DNA of 64,000 nt. Source: an uncultured Chloroflexia bacterium (GTDB lineage Bacteria; Chloroflexota; Limnocylindria; Limnocylindrales; CSP1-4). Location of the stretch: contig CAVXPZ010000004.1 of assembly GCA_963763775.1 (NCBI GenBank), positions 224,001-288,000 on the forward strand, read 5' to 3'. The notes under the pieces were generated by a model. That model was given only the letters and a program-made list of their open reading frames with translations. It did not search any database and was not told the DNA's origin. The position numbers and the translations under genes were made by a program. Below are positions 41,662 to 52,230 of the stretch, piece by piece; within the stretch, counting starts at the first letter, position 1; each line of letters begins with the position of its first letter.

Positions 41662-42606
41662 GTGTCGCTCGAAGTCCTCTCCTCGACCCTCTTCTCGATC
41701 GGGGTCCTGCTCGTCACCATCGGATTCGCCGCGCACGTCGGTCACGCGGTGATGCTGGCGAACGGCCGCCGGACCTTGCCCGCGATCGTCACGGCCCCCC
41801 AGCCGGCCTATGCCGGCGTGGTGACGGGCTCGTTCGTGACCAGCCAGAGCCACGCTGCCGCGTCCGGGCCGACCACCTCGGCGTCGCCGACGCCGCTCTC
41901 CCGGGTCGCGATCGGCATCACGTTCATCGCCTTCGTCACGCTCGGCGTCTCGATCCTCGCGCGCGCCATCGTCGTCGGGCGCGGGCCGTGGGGGAACATG
42001 TTCGAGTTCAGCGTCGCGTTCGCGTTCTCGATGCTCGGCGGCTACCTCTTCCTCCAGCGCCGCTACCCCATCCGATCGATCGGCTTCATCCCCACGGGCG
42101 TGGCCCTCGCGATGCTGCTCTACGCCTCGAGCCTGCCGTCCGAGATCAAGCCGCTGGTCCCCGCGCTCCAGAACGCGCCGCTCCTGACGATCCACGTCGG
42201 GATGGCGGTGACGGCGTACGGCATCTTCGCGACGAGCTTCGCCGCCGGGATCGCGTACCTCGCCCAGGGTCAGGGCGACCGCTTCTCCTGGCTGCCGTCG
42301 CACAAGGTGCTCGACGAGGTCGCGTATCGCGCGGTCATCATCGGCTTCCCGATCTTCGCGACGATGATCATCCTCGGGTCGTGGTGGGCCTCGATCGCCT
42401 GGTCCCGCTACTGGGGCTGGGACCCGAAGGAGACGGCCGCCCTCGTCACGTGGCTGACGTATGCGATCTACCTCCACGCGCGCAACCAGCGCTCGTGGGC
42501 TGGGCGCCCCGCCGCATTGCTGCTCGTCGTGGGGTTCGGGATGGTGCTCGTCACCTATTCCGGGTCGCTCTGGTTCAGCGGCCTGCACGCGTACTCGGGC
42601 CTGTGA
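41662..42606 (+). CDS. ccsA: Cytochrome c biogenesis protein, system II (CcsA/ResC)
   Basis: PWGNMFEF, LVPALQ...IHV, WSRYWGWDPKET (WWD), YLH, GLHAY. Confidence 0.92.
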   Translation: MSLEVLSSTLFSIGVLLVTIGFAAHVGHAVMLANGRRTLPAIVTAPQPAYAGVVTGSFVTSQSHAAASGPTTSASPTPLSRVAIGITFIAFVTLGVSILARAIVVGRGPWGNMFEFSVAFAFSMLGGYLFLQRRYPIRSIGFIPTGVALAMLLYASSLPSEIKPLVPALQNAPLLTIHVGMAVTAYGIFATSFAAGIAYLAQGQGDRFSWLPSHKVLDEVAYRAVIIGFPIFATMIILGSWWASIAWSRYWGWDPKETAALVTWLTYAIYLHARNQRSWAGRPAALLLVVGFGMVLVTYSGSLWFSGLHAYSGL

Positions 42607-42610
42607 CGCC

Positions 42611-43330
42611 GTGAAGGTCCGGAGCATCACCGTCGTCGGGCTCCTGATCTTCACCACCACCGCCATCTGGGGGTGCGACGCGTTCGGCACGCCGAAGCCC
42701 AGCCGGACGCCGATCGGGGCCGCCGCGTCGCCGAGTCGGGTGCCGTTGCCGCAGACCGGCGGCAGCGAACCGCCGGTCGCGAGCCCGACGGCCACGCCGG
42801 TCGAGCCCTCAGCCGCGCCCGAGGCGTCGGCCTCCCCCGATGACGACCTGGAGCCCGACGGGTCGCAGGAGCCGGACTCGTCGTCGCTGCCGGGCGACCC
42901 GTTCGGGAAGGCCGAGGCCACCTACCGGAATGGGTCCGCGACGCTCACGATCGGCAAGCAGGTCATCGCGCTCGGACGGCTCGCCGGCACCGGGACCTAC
43001 TTCGCGGAGTTCGGCGCCGACGTCATCTGGACCGGCGACGAGGGCTGGTACGTGCAACTCGGCGGCGCGAAGCCGTCGAAGGGCCCGATCGGGATCCCCG
43101 CGTACATCGCGCTCGACTGGGTCCATGACGGCCAGCACTGGACGAGCTGGGACGAGGACGGCTGTCGCGTGACGATCCTCGAGGCCGACCCGGGCGGGGT
43201 CCGCGGCATCGCCAGCTGCTCGAACATGCGCTGGGTCGACGCGATCGCCGGCGCGCTCGCCGACGAGCCGACCCCGATCCTGGGCCAGGCCCCGTTCTCG
43301 GCGGCGGTCACCTTCGTGGCGAGGCCGTAG
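42611..43330 (+). CDS. Hypothetical lipoprotein
   Basis: Signal peptide with IWGC lipobox-like site, Pro/Ser-rich linker, beta-rich C-terminal domain. Confidence 0.6.
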   Translation: MKVRSITVVGLLIFTTTAIWGCDAFGTPKPSRTPIGAAASPSRVPLPQTGGSEPPVASPTATPVEPSAAPEASASPDDDLEPDGSQEPDSSSLPGDPFGKAEATYRNGSATLTIGKQVIALGRLAGTGTYFAEFGADVIWTGDEGWYVQLGGAKPSKGPIGIPAYIALDWVHDGQHWTSWDEDGCRVTILEADPGGVRGIASCSNMRWVDAIAGALADEPTPILGQAPFSAAVTFVARP

Positions 43331-43355
43331 GACCGAAGACGCTGGACCGGCGGCG

Positions 43356-44393
43356 TCAGCGGGTCCGGGTCACCTTGACGATGCTGCGCGGGGCGTCCGG
43401 GTCCTTGCCCCGGGCGATCGTCAGGTGCATCGCGTGGAGCTGCCCCGCGACGATCGTCGCGATCGGGGCGATCCATTCGGCTGCGGCAGGTGGCAGCTCG
43501 ATCGGCCGCGTCGCCAGCGCCAGGGCGTCGGATCGGTCGGAGAGGACCGTGAGGTCCGGGTCGAGGTCGGCGCGCAGCAGCCGCAGCTGCTCGACGAGTC
43601 CCGCCGCCGCCGGGCCGTCGCGGACGATCGCGATGACCGGCACGCCGTCCTCGACGAGCGCCACCGGTCCGTGGGCGAAGTCCGCCGCGGAGTACGGGTC
43701 GGCGAACACGTGCGCGAGCTCCTTGATCTTGATCGCCCACTCGCGGGCGGTCGCGTACTCGTAGCCGCGCGCGACGATCAGGGCCCGGCTGGCGGCCGCG
43801 TGGGCCCGCGCCGCCTCGGCCATGGCCGGCTCCAGGGCGAGGACCGCGGCGATCGCGTCGGGCACCGCGGCGACGGCCGCACGGTCCGCCTCGTCGTCGC
43901 TCAGCGCGGCGGAGAGCGCCGCGATCGCGAGGACCGAGGTCGTATACGTCTTGGTCGCCGCGATCGCCCGTTCCGGGCCGGCGGACAGGGCGATGGTCCA
44001 GTCCGCGGCCACACCCAGCGGCGAGTCCGGGTCGTTGGTCAGCGCGACGGTCGGTGCCCCCTGCCGGCGCGCCGCGTCCACGACCGCGACGATGTCGGGG
44101 GACGCCCCGGACTGGCTGATCGCGATCACGAGGCTGTGGCGGAGCCCCGGGTCCGCGCCGTAGACCGACACCACGGACGGCGTGGCCAGCCCGGCGGTCA
44201 GCCCGTGCCGGATCCCGAGGACGTACTGCGCGTAGATGGCCGCGTGGTCCGACGTGCCGCGGGCGACGATGACCACGTGCTCGATGTCGCGGGCACGGAT
44301 CGCGTCCGCGAGGGCGGCCACGGGTCCCGACTGCGTCGCGAGGAACCGGGCCGCGGCCTCGGGCTGCTCGAGGATCTCGTCGCGGAGCGTCAT
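43356..44393 (-). CDS. Tandem SIS domain protein (GlmS isomerase-like / glucosamine-6-phosphate deaminase type)
   Basis: EILEQP, ARGTSDHA, ISQSGASPD, AATKTYT, KIKEL, FAHGP, KVTRTR. Confidence 0.9.
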   Translation of the reverse strand: MTLRDEILEQPEAAARFLATQSGPVAALADAIRARDIEHVVIVARGTSDHAAIYAQYVLGIRHGLTAGLATPSVVSVYGADPGLRHSLVIAISQSGASPDIVAVVDAARRQGAPTVALTNDPDSPLGVAADWTIALSAGPERAIAATKTYTTSVLAIAALSAALSDDEADRAAVAAVPDAIAAVLALEPAMAEAARAHAAASRALIVARGYEYATAREWAIKIKELAHVFADPYSAADFAHGPVALVEDGVPVIAIVRDGPAAAGLVEQLRLLRADLDPDLTVLSDRSDALALATRPIELPPAAAEWIAPIATIVAGQLHAMHLTIARGKDPDAPRSIVKVTRTR

Positions 44394-44554
44394 CGGAAGC
44401 GATGGTACCGGCCTCCGCGGCCCCGGACCGCTCGGACCCGTGTGGTATGGTGGATGCACTGCCACCCCTTGTGGCGATGCTCCGCGTGGTCGACCCCCTT
44501 TTCGAACGGACCGTGCGATCTGCTCTCCGTGTTCGGGAAGTGTTGGAGGTCCTC

Positions 44555-44758
44555 ATGACCACCGGTACCATCAAGAAGGTCGTCGCCGATCGCGGCTTCG
44601 GCTTCATCACCGCCGAGGATGAGAAGGAATACTTCTTCCATCGCGGCGCGCTCGACTCCTCGCTCGATTTCGATCGCCTCACCGGTGGTGAGCGCGTCGA
44701 GTTCGACGTCGAGCAGAGCCCCAAGGGTCCGCGCGCGAACAAGGTTCACGCCGCCTAG
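44555..44758 (+). CDS. Cold-shock domain protein
   Basis: GTIKKVVADRGFGFI...FFHR...VEFDVEQSPKGPRANKV; GGAGG RBS; ~95-nt leader after a TGGTATGGT extended -10. Confidence 0.93.
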   Translation: MTTGTIKKVVADRGFGFITAEDEKEYFFHRGALDSSLDFDRLTGGERVEFDVEQSPKGPRANKVHAA

Positions 44759-44767
44759 GCCCTGACC

Positions 44768-44796
44768 GGACGGCCCGTCCCAGGACGGGCCGTTCC
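44768..44796 (+). terminator. GC-rich hairpin after csp
   Basis: GGACGGCCCGTCC/GGACGGGCCGTTCC; no U-tract. Confidence 0.5.
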
Positions 44797-44941
44797 ATCC
44801 CCGCGTTCACACCACGAGCACGGTCGCGACCCGTCGTCGAGCAACGGCTCGGCTCGTTCCGCCACCGCTGCCGACTCGCCACCGCTGGCCCGCCCCTCGT
44901 TCAGGGCACCCTGCGCGGGTCGGATCGAGAGGACTGACGCC

Positions 44942-46126
44942 ATCGTTCGAACCGCCTTCGTCTCCACCTACCCACCGCGTCGCTGCGGTATCGCGACCTT
45001 CACGCACGACCTCGCCGCCGCCTCGAGTGGGCGCGAGATCGTCGCCCTCCTCGACCCAGAACCCGGTGTCCCGTACCCGATCGAGGTCCACCACCGGGTC
45101 CGTCGCGACGAGCGACCCGACTACATCCACACCGCGCATGCCCTCTCCACCTGCGTCGACGTCGTGTCGATCCAGCACGAGTACGGGATCTGGGGCGGCG
45201 CGGACGGCGAGTACGTCCTCGACTTCGTCCGCGCCCTGGACCTCCCCGCGGTCGTCACGCTCCACACCGTCCTGCGGAAGCCCACCGAGCGCCAGCGCGC
45301 GATCCTGATCGAACTCGTCGGCCACGCGGCCGCGACCGTCGTGATGTCGAAGGCCGCCGCCACCCTGCTGTCCACCGCCTACGGCGTGGACCCGCGACGC
45401 GTGGAGATCATCCCGCACGGCGTCCCGGACCTGCCCCTGGTCGCCTCCGAGACCGTGAAGCCGCGCCTCGAGCTCGCCGGCCGCGACGTCATCCTCAGCT
45501 TCGGCCTCCTCGGCCAGGGCAAGGGCTACGAGCTGGCGATCGATGCGCTCCCGGCGGTCGTCGCCGAGCATCCGAACGCGATGTACGTGATCGTCGGCGC
45601 GACCCATCCCGACCTGATCCGCAACGAGGGCGAGGCCTACCGGCATGCCCTCACCGCCCGAGTCAGGGCCCATGGCCTGACCGATCACGTCCGGTTCGTC
45701 GACCGGTTCGTCGGCCGCGTGGAACTGACCCGCTGGCTCGAGGCGGCCGACGTCTTCGTCACGCCTTATCCCAATCTCGACCAGATCGTGTCGGGCACGC
45801 TGTCGTACGCCATGGGCGCGGGGCGGGCCGTCGTCTCGACACCGTACGCGTACGCGTCGGAGCTGCTCGCGGACGGCCGCGGCGTCCTCGTCGAGCCCGG
45901 GTCGCCGGCCAGGTTCGCCGTGGCGCTCAACGACGTCCTCGGCGACGACCCCAAGCGGGCCGACATCGGCCGGCGCGCCCACGAGCACACGCGCGGGATG
46001 ATCTGGCGGGAAGTCGGCGCGGAATACCGTCGACTCTTCGAACGCGTCGCCCTCGAAACGCCCGAGGACCTGACCGACCGACCCACGACGACGCGGTCCA
46101 CCGCCATGGCGGTCGTCAATGCTTGA
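44942..46126 (+). CDS. Glycosyltransferase family 4 (probable ATC start)
   Basis: In-frame upstream extension IVRTAFVSTYPPRRCGIATF; QHEYG, FGLL...KGYE, SGTLSYA; AGAGGA 8 nt before ATC. Confidence 0.85.
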   Translation: MVRTAFVSTYPPRRCGIATFTHDLAAASSGREIVALLDPEPGVPYPIEVHHRVRRDERPDYIHTAHALSTCVDVVSIQHEYGIWGGADGEYVLDFVRALDLPAVVTLHTVLRKPTERQRAILIELVGHAAATVVMSKAAATLLSTAYGVDPRRVEIIPHGVPDLPLVASETVKPRLELAGRDVILSFGLLGQGKGYELAIDALPAVVAEHPNAMYVIVGATHPDLIRNEGEAYRHALTARVRAHGLTDHVRFVDRFVGRVELTRWLEAADVFVTPYPNLDQIVSGTLSYAMGAGRAVVSTPYAYASELLADGRGVLVEPGSPARFAVALNDVLGDDPKRADIGRRAHEHTRGMIWREVGAEYRRLFERVALETPEDLTDRPTTTRSTAMAVVNA

Positions 46127-47288
46127 CGCCGACGCCATCGGCCGGCCGGGCGAGCTGGCCCCGCTCTACCTCGTGAGCCGCGAGCATCTCGACGAGCTCT
46201 CCGACCAGATCGGGATCATGCAGCACGCGATCGGGTCCAAGCCGGACCCGGCGCACGGCTATTGCGTCGACGATGTCGCCCGCGCCCTCCAGGTCGACCT
46301 GCTCCACGGCCGGGAGCTCGGCTGGGCGACCGTGGCCGAGCGTGCGTGGAGCAATCTCCGGTTCCTGAGCACCGCGTTCGACGCGGAGATCGGCGGGTTC
46401 CGCAACTTCCGCCGCGTGGACGGCTCGTGGCTCGACGGCCGCAGCTCCGACGACAGCCAGGCGCGGGCCATGCTCGCCCTAGGCGAGACCATCGCCGGTG
46501 CATCCGATCCGCGGATGGTCTCCTTCGCGACGTCGCTGTTCGACCAGGCCCTGCCCGAGGCCCAGCGGCTGCCTGCACTGCGAGCCCAGGCGTCCGTGAT
46601 GTTGGCGTGCGACGCCGTCATGCGCGTGGCCCCGACCGGTGAGACCGCCCGGGCCTACCGACTCCTCGCCGGCCGGATCCGGGCGCTCCTCGGGTCGCGG
46701 GCCGCGGCCGCCTGGCCCTGGCCAGAGCCGGCCCTCACGTACGAGAACGCCCTCCCGGTCCGCGCGATGATCGTGGCCGGCCAGTACCTCGACTCGCCGC
46801 CGGTCATCGATGCTGGGCTCGCGATGCTCGACTGGCAGATCACGGCGCAGACCGCCGACGCCGGGCACCTGTCCCTCATCGGCAACGGCTGGTGGCCGCG
46901 CGACGGCGAACGGTCGAGGTTCGATCAGCAGCCGGTCGAGGCCACCGCGCTCCTGCTGGCGGCCGAGTCCGCGTACGAGGTCTCCGGGCTCGAGCGCTAC
47001 CGCACGACCATGGAGCAGGCGTACGCCTGGTTCCTCGGCGCGAACGATATCGGCGCGGTCGTCGCCGACCCGATCCGCGGCGCCTGCGGCGACGGGCTGA
47101 CCCCCGCGGGCATCAACACCAACGAGGGCGCCGAGTCGACGCTCATGTGGCTCATGGCCCTCGAGCACATCCGCGCGCTGCGTCAGGGCCGGCCGACGCC
47201 GCCGCCCGTCGCCGAACGTCGCGAGGGTGCGGCGGGTGCCGGCGCGGCGCCCGACATCGAGCGTCGCGCCCTGGCCGGGGTCGCATGA
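46119..47288 (+). CDS. (alpha/alpha)-barrel glycosidase-like protein associated with GT4
   Basis: GIMQHA, GYCVDDVARAL, WPWPEPALTYENA, FDQQPVE, WFLGAND, NEGAEST. Confidence 0.75.
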   Translation: MLDADAIGRPGELAPLYLVSREHLDELSDQIGIMQHAIGSKPDPAHGYCVDDVARALQVDLLHGRELGWATVAERAWSNLRFLSTAFDAEIGGFRNFRRVDGSWLDGRSSDDSQARAMLALGETIAGASDPRMVSFATSLFDQALPEAQRLPALRAQASVMLACDAVMRVAPTGETARAYRLLAGRIRALLGSRAAAAWPWPEPALTYENALPVRAMIVAGQYLDSPPVIDAGLAMLDWQITAQTADAGHLSLIGNGWWPRDGERSRFDQQPVEATALLLAAESAYEVSGLERYRTTMEQAYAWFLGANDIGAVVADPIRGACGDGLTPAGINTNEGAESTLMWLMALEHIRALRQGRPTPPPVAERREGAAGAGAAPDIERRALAGVA

Positions 47289-48244
47289 CCCGCGCCCACG
47301 AAACGATGCTGTTCACGCGATCGGCGGCGAACCCGATCCTGACCGCCGCGGATGTCCCCTACCCCGCGAACACGGTCTTCAACCCGGGGGCGGCCCAGGT
47401 CGGCGACGAGACGATCCTCCTGGTCCGTGTCGAGGACCTCCGCGGGATCTCGCAACTCCACGTCGCGCGCAGCAAGGACGGCGTCACCGATTGGCGTTTC
47501 GACCCCGAGCCGCTGCTGCGATCGGACGTCGAGAAGCACCCCGAGGAGATCTGGGGCTGCGAGGATCCGCGACTGACGTGGCTCCCCGAACGCGAGGAGT
47601 GGGCGATCGCCTACACGGCCTACAGCCGTCGCGGACCGCTCGTCTCGCTGGCGATGACTCGCGACTTCGCGAGCGTGCGCCGGCTGGGTCCGGTCATGCC
47701 GCCGGAGGACAAGGACGCCGCCCTCTTCCCGGACCGCATCGATGGTCGCTGGGCGATGATCCACCGCCCGTCCCCGCTCCGCGGCGGGGCGCACATGTGG
47801 ATCTCGTACTCGCCAGACCTCCGCCACTGGGGCGACCACTCGCTGATGCTCGAGGCCCGCGACGGCGCCTGGTGGGATGCCGGCAAGATCGGCCTCGGCC
47901 CGCCGCCGCTTCGAACGGCCGAGGGATGGCTCGTGATGTACCACGGCGTCCATCTGACGGGCGACGGACCCATCTACCGCGCGGGCCTCGCCCTCTTCGA
48001 CCTCGCGGATCCGCAGGTCCTGCTCCACCGGATGGACGAGTGGGTCTTCGGGCCGTTCGAGCTGTACGAGCTGACCGGCGACGTCGGCAAGGTCGTCTTC
48101 CCGTGCGGCTGGGTCCACGACGAGGCTACCGACCAGCTGCGGATGTACTACGGCGCCGCCGACTCGTCCGTGGCGCTGGCGACCGCCACGTTCAGCGAGG
48201 TCCTTGCGAAGGTCCTCGCGGCCCCGGGCACCGTTCCCGCCTGA
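47285..48244 (+). CDS. Glycoside hydrolase family 130 (mannoside phosphorylase/hydrolase-like)
   Basis: VFNPGA, GCEDPR, DKDAALFP, HRP, KIGLG, YHGV, VVFPCG, YYGAAD. Confidence 0.9.
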   Translation: MTRAHETMLFTRSAANPILTAADVPYPANTVFNPGAAQVGDETILLVRVEDLRGISQLHVARSKDGVTDWRFDPEPLLRSDVEKHPEEIWGCEDPRLTWLPEREEWAIAYTAYSRRGPLVSLAMTRDFASVRRLGPVMPPEDKDAALFPDRIDGRWAMIHRPSPLRGGAHMWISYSPDLRHWGDHSLMLEARDGAWWDAGKIGLGPPPLRTAEGWLVMYHGVHLTGDGPIYRAGLALFDLADPQVLLHRMDEWVFGPFELYELTGDVGKVVFPCGWVHDEATDQLRMYYGAADSSVALATATFSEVLAKVLAAPGTVPA

Positions 48245-48263
48245 CGGTCCCTAGACTCCGCGC

Positions 48264-51129
48264 ATGTCGCGGGACCGCCTCCTCGGCCGGACCGAGGAAC
48301 TCGCCATCATCGAAGCGTTCCTCGGGGCCATCCCCGGTGGTGCGCATGCCCTCGTCATCTCCGGCGAGGCCGGCATCGGCAAATCCGTCCTCTGGGAGGA
48401 GGCCGCCGCCCACGCTCGCGCCCGGACCGACCTCACCGTTCTGACCGCCCGCGCCACCGAGTCCGAGAGCGGCCTTGCCCACGTCACGCTGACCGACCTG
48501 TTCGGGGCCTGGGTGTCAGCCGAGCCACCCGCGCTGCCCGAGCCGCAACGCGACGCACTCGATGCCGCGCTGCTGCGCGGGCCGGCGACGACGCCACCCG
48601 ACCCGCGAACCATCGGGACCGCCGTCCTCTCGACGCTCCGCCAAGCCGCCGATCGAGGACCGGTGGCACTGCTGATCGACGATGTCCAGTGGGTCGACGC
48701 GGCCTCGGCAGAGGCGCTCGCGTTCGCGATCCGGCGCCTCGCTGACAGCGCCGGTCGCCGTGATCCTCGCGATCCGCACGACGCCTGGTGCGACCCCGAT
48801 CGCCCTGGCCGAACCAGTGGTCGCCCGAGGCGGCGTCACCGAGCTCCGGCTCGGGCCGGTCTCGCTCGGCGTGCTGCACCAGCTCGTCCTCGAGCGGGTC
48901 GGGACGGCGCTCACCCGACCGCAGGTCACGCGGCTTGAGGCGGCGTCGAGCGGCAATCCCCTTGTGGCGATCGAGATCGCCCGCGAACTGGCGCGGCGCG
49001 AGACCTGGCCCCTGCCCGGCGAACCGATGCCGATCCCGGCGTCCGCGTCCGCCCTCCTGGAGGAACGCATCGGGCGCATGTCTGCGGGCGATCGCGAGGT
49101 CCTGTTCGCCGTCGCGGCGACGGCCGTCCCGACCGTCGGCCAGGTGCGGCTGGTCGTCGCCGAGGCCGATATGCCACTGGAGCACGCCCGGTCGGAAGGC
49201 CTCATCGAGGTCGACGGGCACGACCGGATCCACTTCATCCACCCCCTGATGGCGTCGGCCGCGTTGCTCGCCATCCCCGTCTCGGAGCGTCGCCGTCTCC
49301 ATGCCCGGCTCGCCGAGATCGCCACGACCCTAGAAGACCGGGGAAGACACCTCGCGCTGGCCACGGATCCGCCGTCCGCGGACGCCGCCGCCGCGCTCGA
49401 TGCCGCCGCCACCTCGGCCCGATCCCGCGGCGCGACGGCCGTCGCCGCGGAGTGGGCCGAGCGGGCAGTCGCGATGACGCCGTCCGACGACCGAGCGGCG
49501 TGGACCGCCCGCGCGACCCGGGCGGGTCGCTGGCTGGCGGAGGCAGGGGAGATCGGACGCGCCCGGACGCTCCTGACGGAGGCGATGCCATCGATGCCGG
49601 CGGGCGATGGCCGGGCAGCCGCGAGGCTCGTGCTGGCCCAGATGGTCGCCTGGGAAGGCGAGGCCGAGGCCGCGCTGATGTGGTGCGAGGCGGGACTGGA
49701 GGAGGCCGTCGATGCGGCGCTGCGCGCACGACTCCTGTTGCGCATCGCATTCCAGACCGAGGACCTGGACACGTCCCGGGCGATCGAGGCCACCGAAGCA
49801 GCGATCGCGGAGCTCGACGGCCCGGCCGGCGACGCCGAGCCGGACCTCCTTGCCTGCGCGCTGTTGCAGGTGGCGACCCTCCGACTCGCCACGGGCGCCT
49901 GGATCGACCGGCCATCGGTCGAGCGCGGGATCGCGCTCCTCGGGCCGGCGCCCCGCCTGTCGCCCGACGGCGACGAGCTGCCAGAGAGCCTGCGCGCCCA
50001 CGCCATGGTGTGGGCGCGTGCCGTGGATCTTGACGACCTCGCCGGCGGGTTCGCGTTGCAGCAGGCCGAACGGGAACGGAACCTCGCGCGAGGGTTGGAC
50101 CGGGCCCTGCCGGTGGTCATCGGGGAGATGACGATGACCGCGCTTTGGATGGGCGACTGGTCCGAGGCCACGACTCGCGCCGACGAAGCTCGCGCCATGG
50201 TCGGCCAGACCGGGGCCACGACGCAGGCGCGGAGCGCTGCGCTGGCCGCGCGCGCCTTCGTCGATGCGTATCGAGGGAACCTGGCCGCAGCGGAGACCGG
50301 CGCCAGGGCCGGCCTCGAGCTGTCGGCCGACGCGGGCGATTGGCTCAAGGCGCGCCACGTCGCCGTGCTGGGGTTCCTGGCGTTGACGCGTGGCGAGGCG
50401 GCGGACGCGGCCACGATCCTGGGCACGCTCTTCGACGAGTTCCGGGCCGGCGGCAATCGCGAGATGCTCGGCCATCGGTTCGTGGGCGACCTCATCGACG
50501 CGGCCGCTGCGGCGGGCGACATCGATCGGCTCCGGACGGTCACGGAGTCGCTCGCCACGTCCGAGTCGGCGGTGCCTCGGCCTTGGATCCGGACGATGGC
50601 CGCCCGCGGGCGAGCCCTTCTGACCGCCGCCGACGGCGATCTGGACGGCGCGATGACGGCCATCGAGGCCGCCCTCGAGCATGCCGACACCCTGCCGATG
50701 CCGTTCGAGCACGCCCGGACCGAGCTCATCGCGGGTCGGATCGCGCGACGCCGGAAGGAACGGCGTCGGGCCACGGACCACCTCGAGCGGGCACAGGCCA
50801 CGTTCGCCGATCTCGGGTCGGCGCCGTGGGTGGCGATCGCGTCGGCAGAGATGGCCCGGACCGGCCGTCGGGCGGCCGCGACCGATGCCCTCACCGAGAC
50901 CGAGGAACGGGTCGCCCGTCTGGCGGCCAGCGGCCTGACCAACCGCGAGGTCGGCGAGGCGGCGTTCCTGACGCCGAAGAGCGTCGAAGGCGTGCTGGCA
51001 CGGGTGTATAGCAAGCTCGGGATCCGATCGCGAGCCGAGCTCGGGGCGTGGCTGGCCGCGCATCCGGATGCCCAAGACCACCGATCGGAGGCCCCCGACC
51101 CGGCTGAGGCGCCCGGGCCCGTGGGCTGA
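48264..51129 (+). CDS. LAL/MalT-type AAA ATPase + LuxR HTH regulator (frameshift near 48745)
   Basis: LLGRTEE, GEAGIGKS, DDVQWVD, GNPL; C-terminal LTETEERVARLAASGLTNREVG...YSKLGIRSR. Confidence 0.88.
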
Positions 51130-51135
51130 CGGGAC

Positions 51136-51178
51136 CGGGATTCCCCCGTTTCGCCGGCGGGTGCCGCTGGCCTAGCGT
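51136..51178 (+). promoter_or_regulatory. Candidate regulator site CGGGATTCCCCCG and -10 TAGCGT
   Basis: Imperfect palindrome immediately after the LAL gene, ~25 bp before a TAnnnT hexamer and a GGAGG RBS. Confidence 0.35.
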
Positions 51179-51213
51179 CGGCGTCGTCGACCCCGCCGCA
51201 CCCGGAGGCCTCG

Positions 51214-52230
51214 ATGGCTCGCCAGTCCCGTCTTCTCGTCGGTCTCACGTCCCTGGTCGCGATCGCGGTCCTCGGCGGCTGCGTCGCCTCGGGCCCGTCC
51301 GGATCCGCGTTCGCGTCAGCCCCGTCGGCCGCTGCGTCCGGCCAGACGTCCGCGACCGCCCCCGCCCCGGCCGCCTCACCGGCGGCATCGGCATCGACGA
51401 CTGCGGCCTCGCCGACCCAGGTCGCGCTCGACATCGACGTCGGTGGGCGGACGCTCCACCTGTTCTGCATCGGCGACGCGCCCTCCGGCGTACCGACCGT
51501 GATCGGCGAGGGCGGCCTCGAGGGCGACTCGCGCACCTGGAACGCGATCTTCTACGAGGTCGCCGCGAGGACCCGCATCTGCGCGTACGACCGCGCCGGC
51601 CTCAACCAGAGCCAGCCGGCACCCGAGACGTCGCGGACGACGCAGGACTCCGTCGACGACCTCGCCAAGCTCATCGTCGGGGCGAAGCTCAAGGGTCCGT
51701 TCGTCTTCGTCGGCCACTCGAGCGGTGCCTGGAACGTGGCCCTCTTCGCGAGCCAGCACCCGGACGAGGTGGCCGGCGTCGTCCTCGCCGACCCGCGCGG
51801 ACCGCACGTGTCCGGCGCATGGCTCAAGGCCCTCCCGGCGAAGGCGACCGGCGAGCCCGAGGCCGTGCGTCTCAACCGCGAGGAACTGACCGTGTTCGAG
51901 ACCGACCCGAGCCTCAACGAGGAGCACGTCGATCTGCGGGCGAGCCAGGCCGAGGCGAATGCCGTCCTCGATCGGAAGGCGCCGCTCTTCGGCGACCACG
52001 CGCTGGTGGTGATGAGCGCGGCGCACACGCCGGACTCGTGGTCCGACCTGCCAGAGGCGCTGAGGACCACGTTCGACCGGATCTGGTTCGACGGGCAGAA
52101 GGCACTCCTCAAGGAGTCGACCCGGAGCGAGTTCGAGACCATCGACGACAGCGACCACGACCTGCCCGGTATGCGCCCGGACGCGGTGTCGGCGGCGATC
52201 CTCAGGGTGCTCGACGAGGTCGGCTCGTGA
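51214..52230 (+). CDS. Alpha/beta hydrolase lipoprotein
   Basis: LGGC lipobox, Ala/Ser linker, YDRAG, GHSSG nucleophile elbow, SDHD. Confidence 0.85.
   Translation: MARQSRLLVGLTSLVAIAVLGGCVASGPSGSAFASAPSAAASGQTSATAPAPAASPAASASTTAASPTQVALDIDVGGRTLHLFCIGDAPSGVPTVIGEGGLEGDSRTWNAIFYEVAARTRICAYDRAGLNQSQPAPETSRTTQDSVDDLAKLIVGAKLKGPFVFVGHSSGAWNVALFASQHPDEVAGVVLADPRGPHVSGAWLKALPAKATGEPEAVRLNREELTVFETDPSLNEEHVDLRASQAEANAVLDRKAPLFGDHALVVMSAAHTPDSWSDLPEALRTTFDRIWFDGQKALLKESTRSEFETIDDSDHDLPGMRPDAVSAAILRVLDEVGS

Noticed and set aside
44756-44941. Amber read-through fusing Csp to GT4 (frames match)
   Set aside because: A strong hairpin follows the stop, the linker looks non-coding and GT4 has its own RBS
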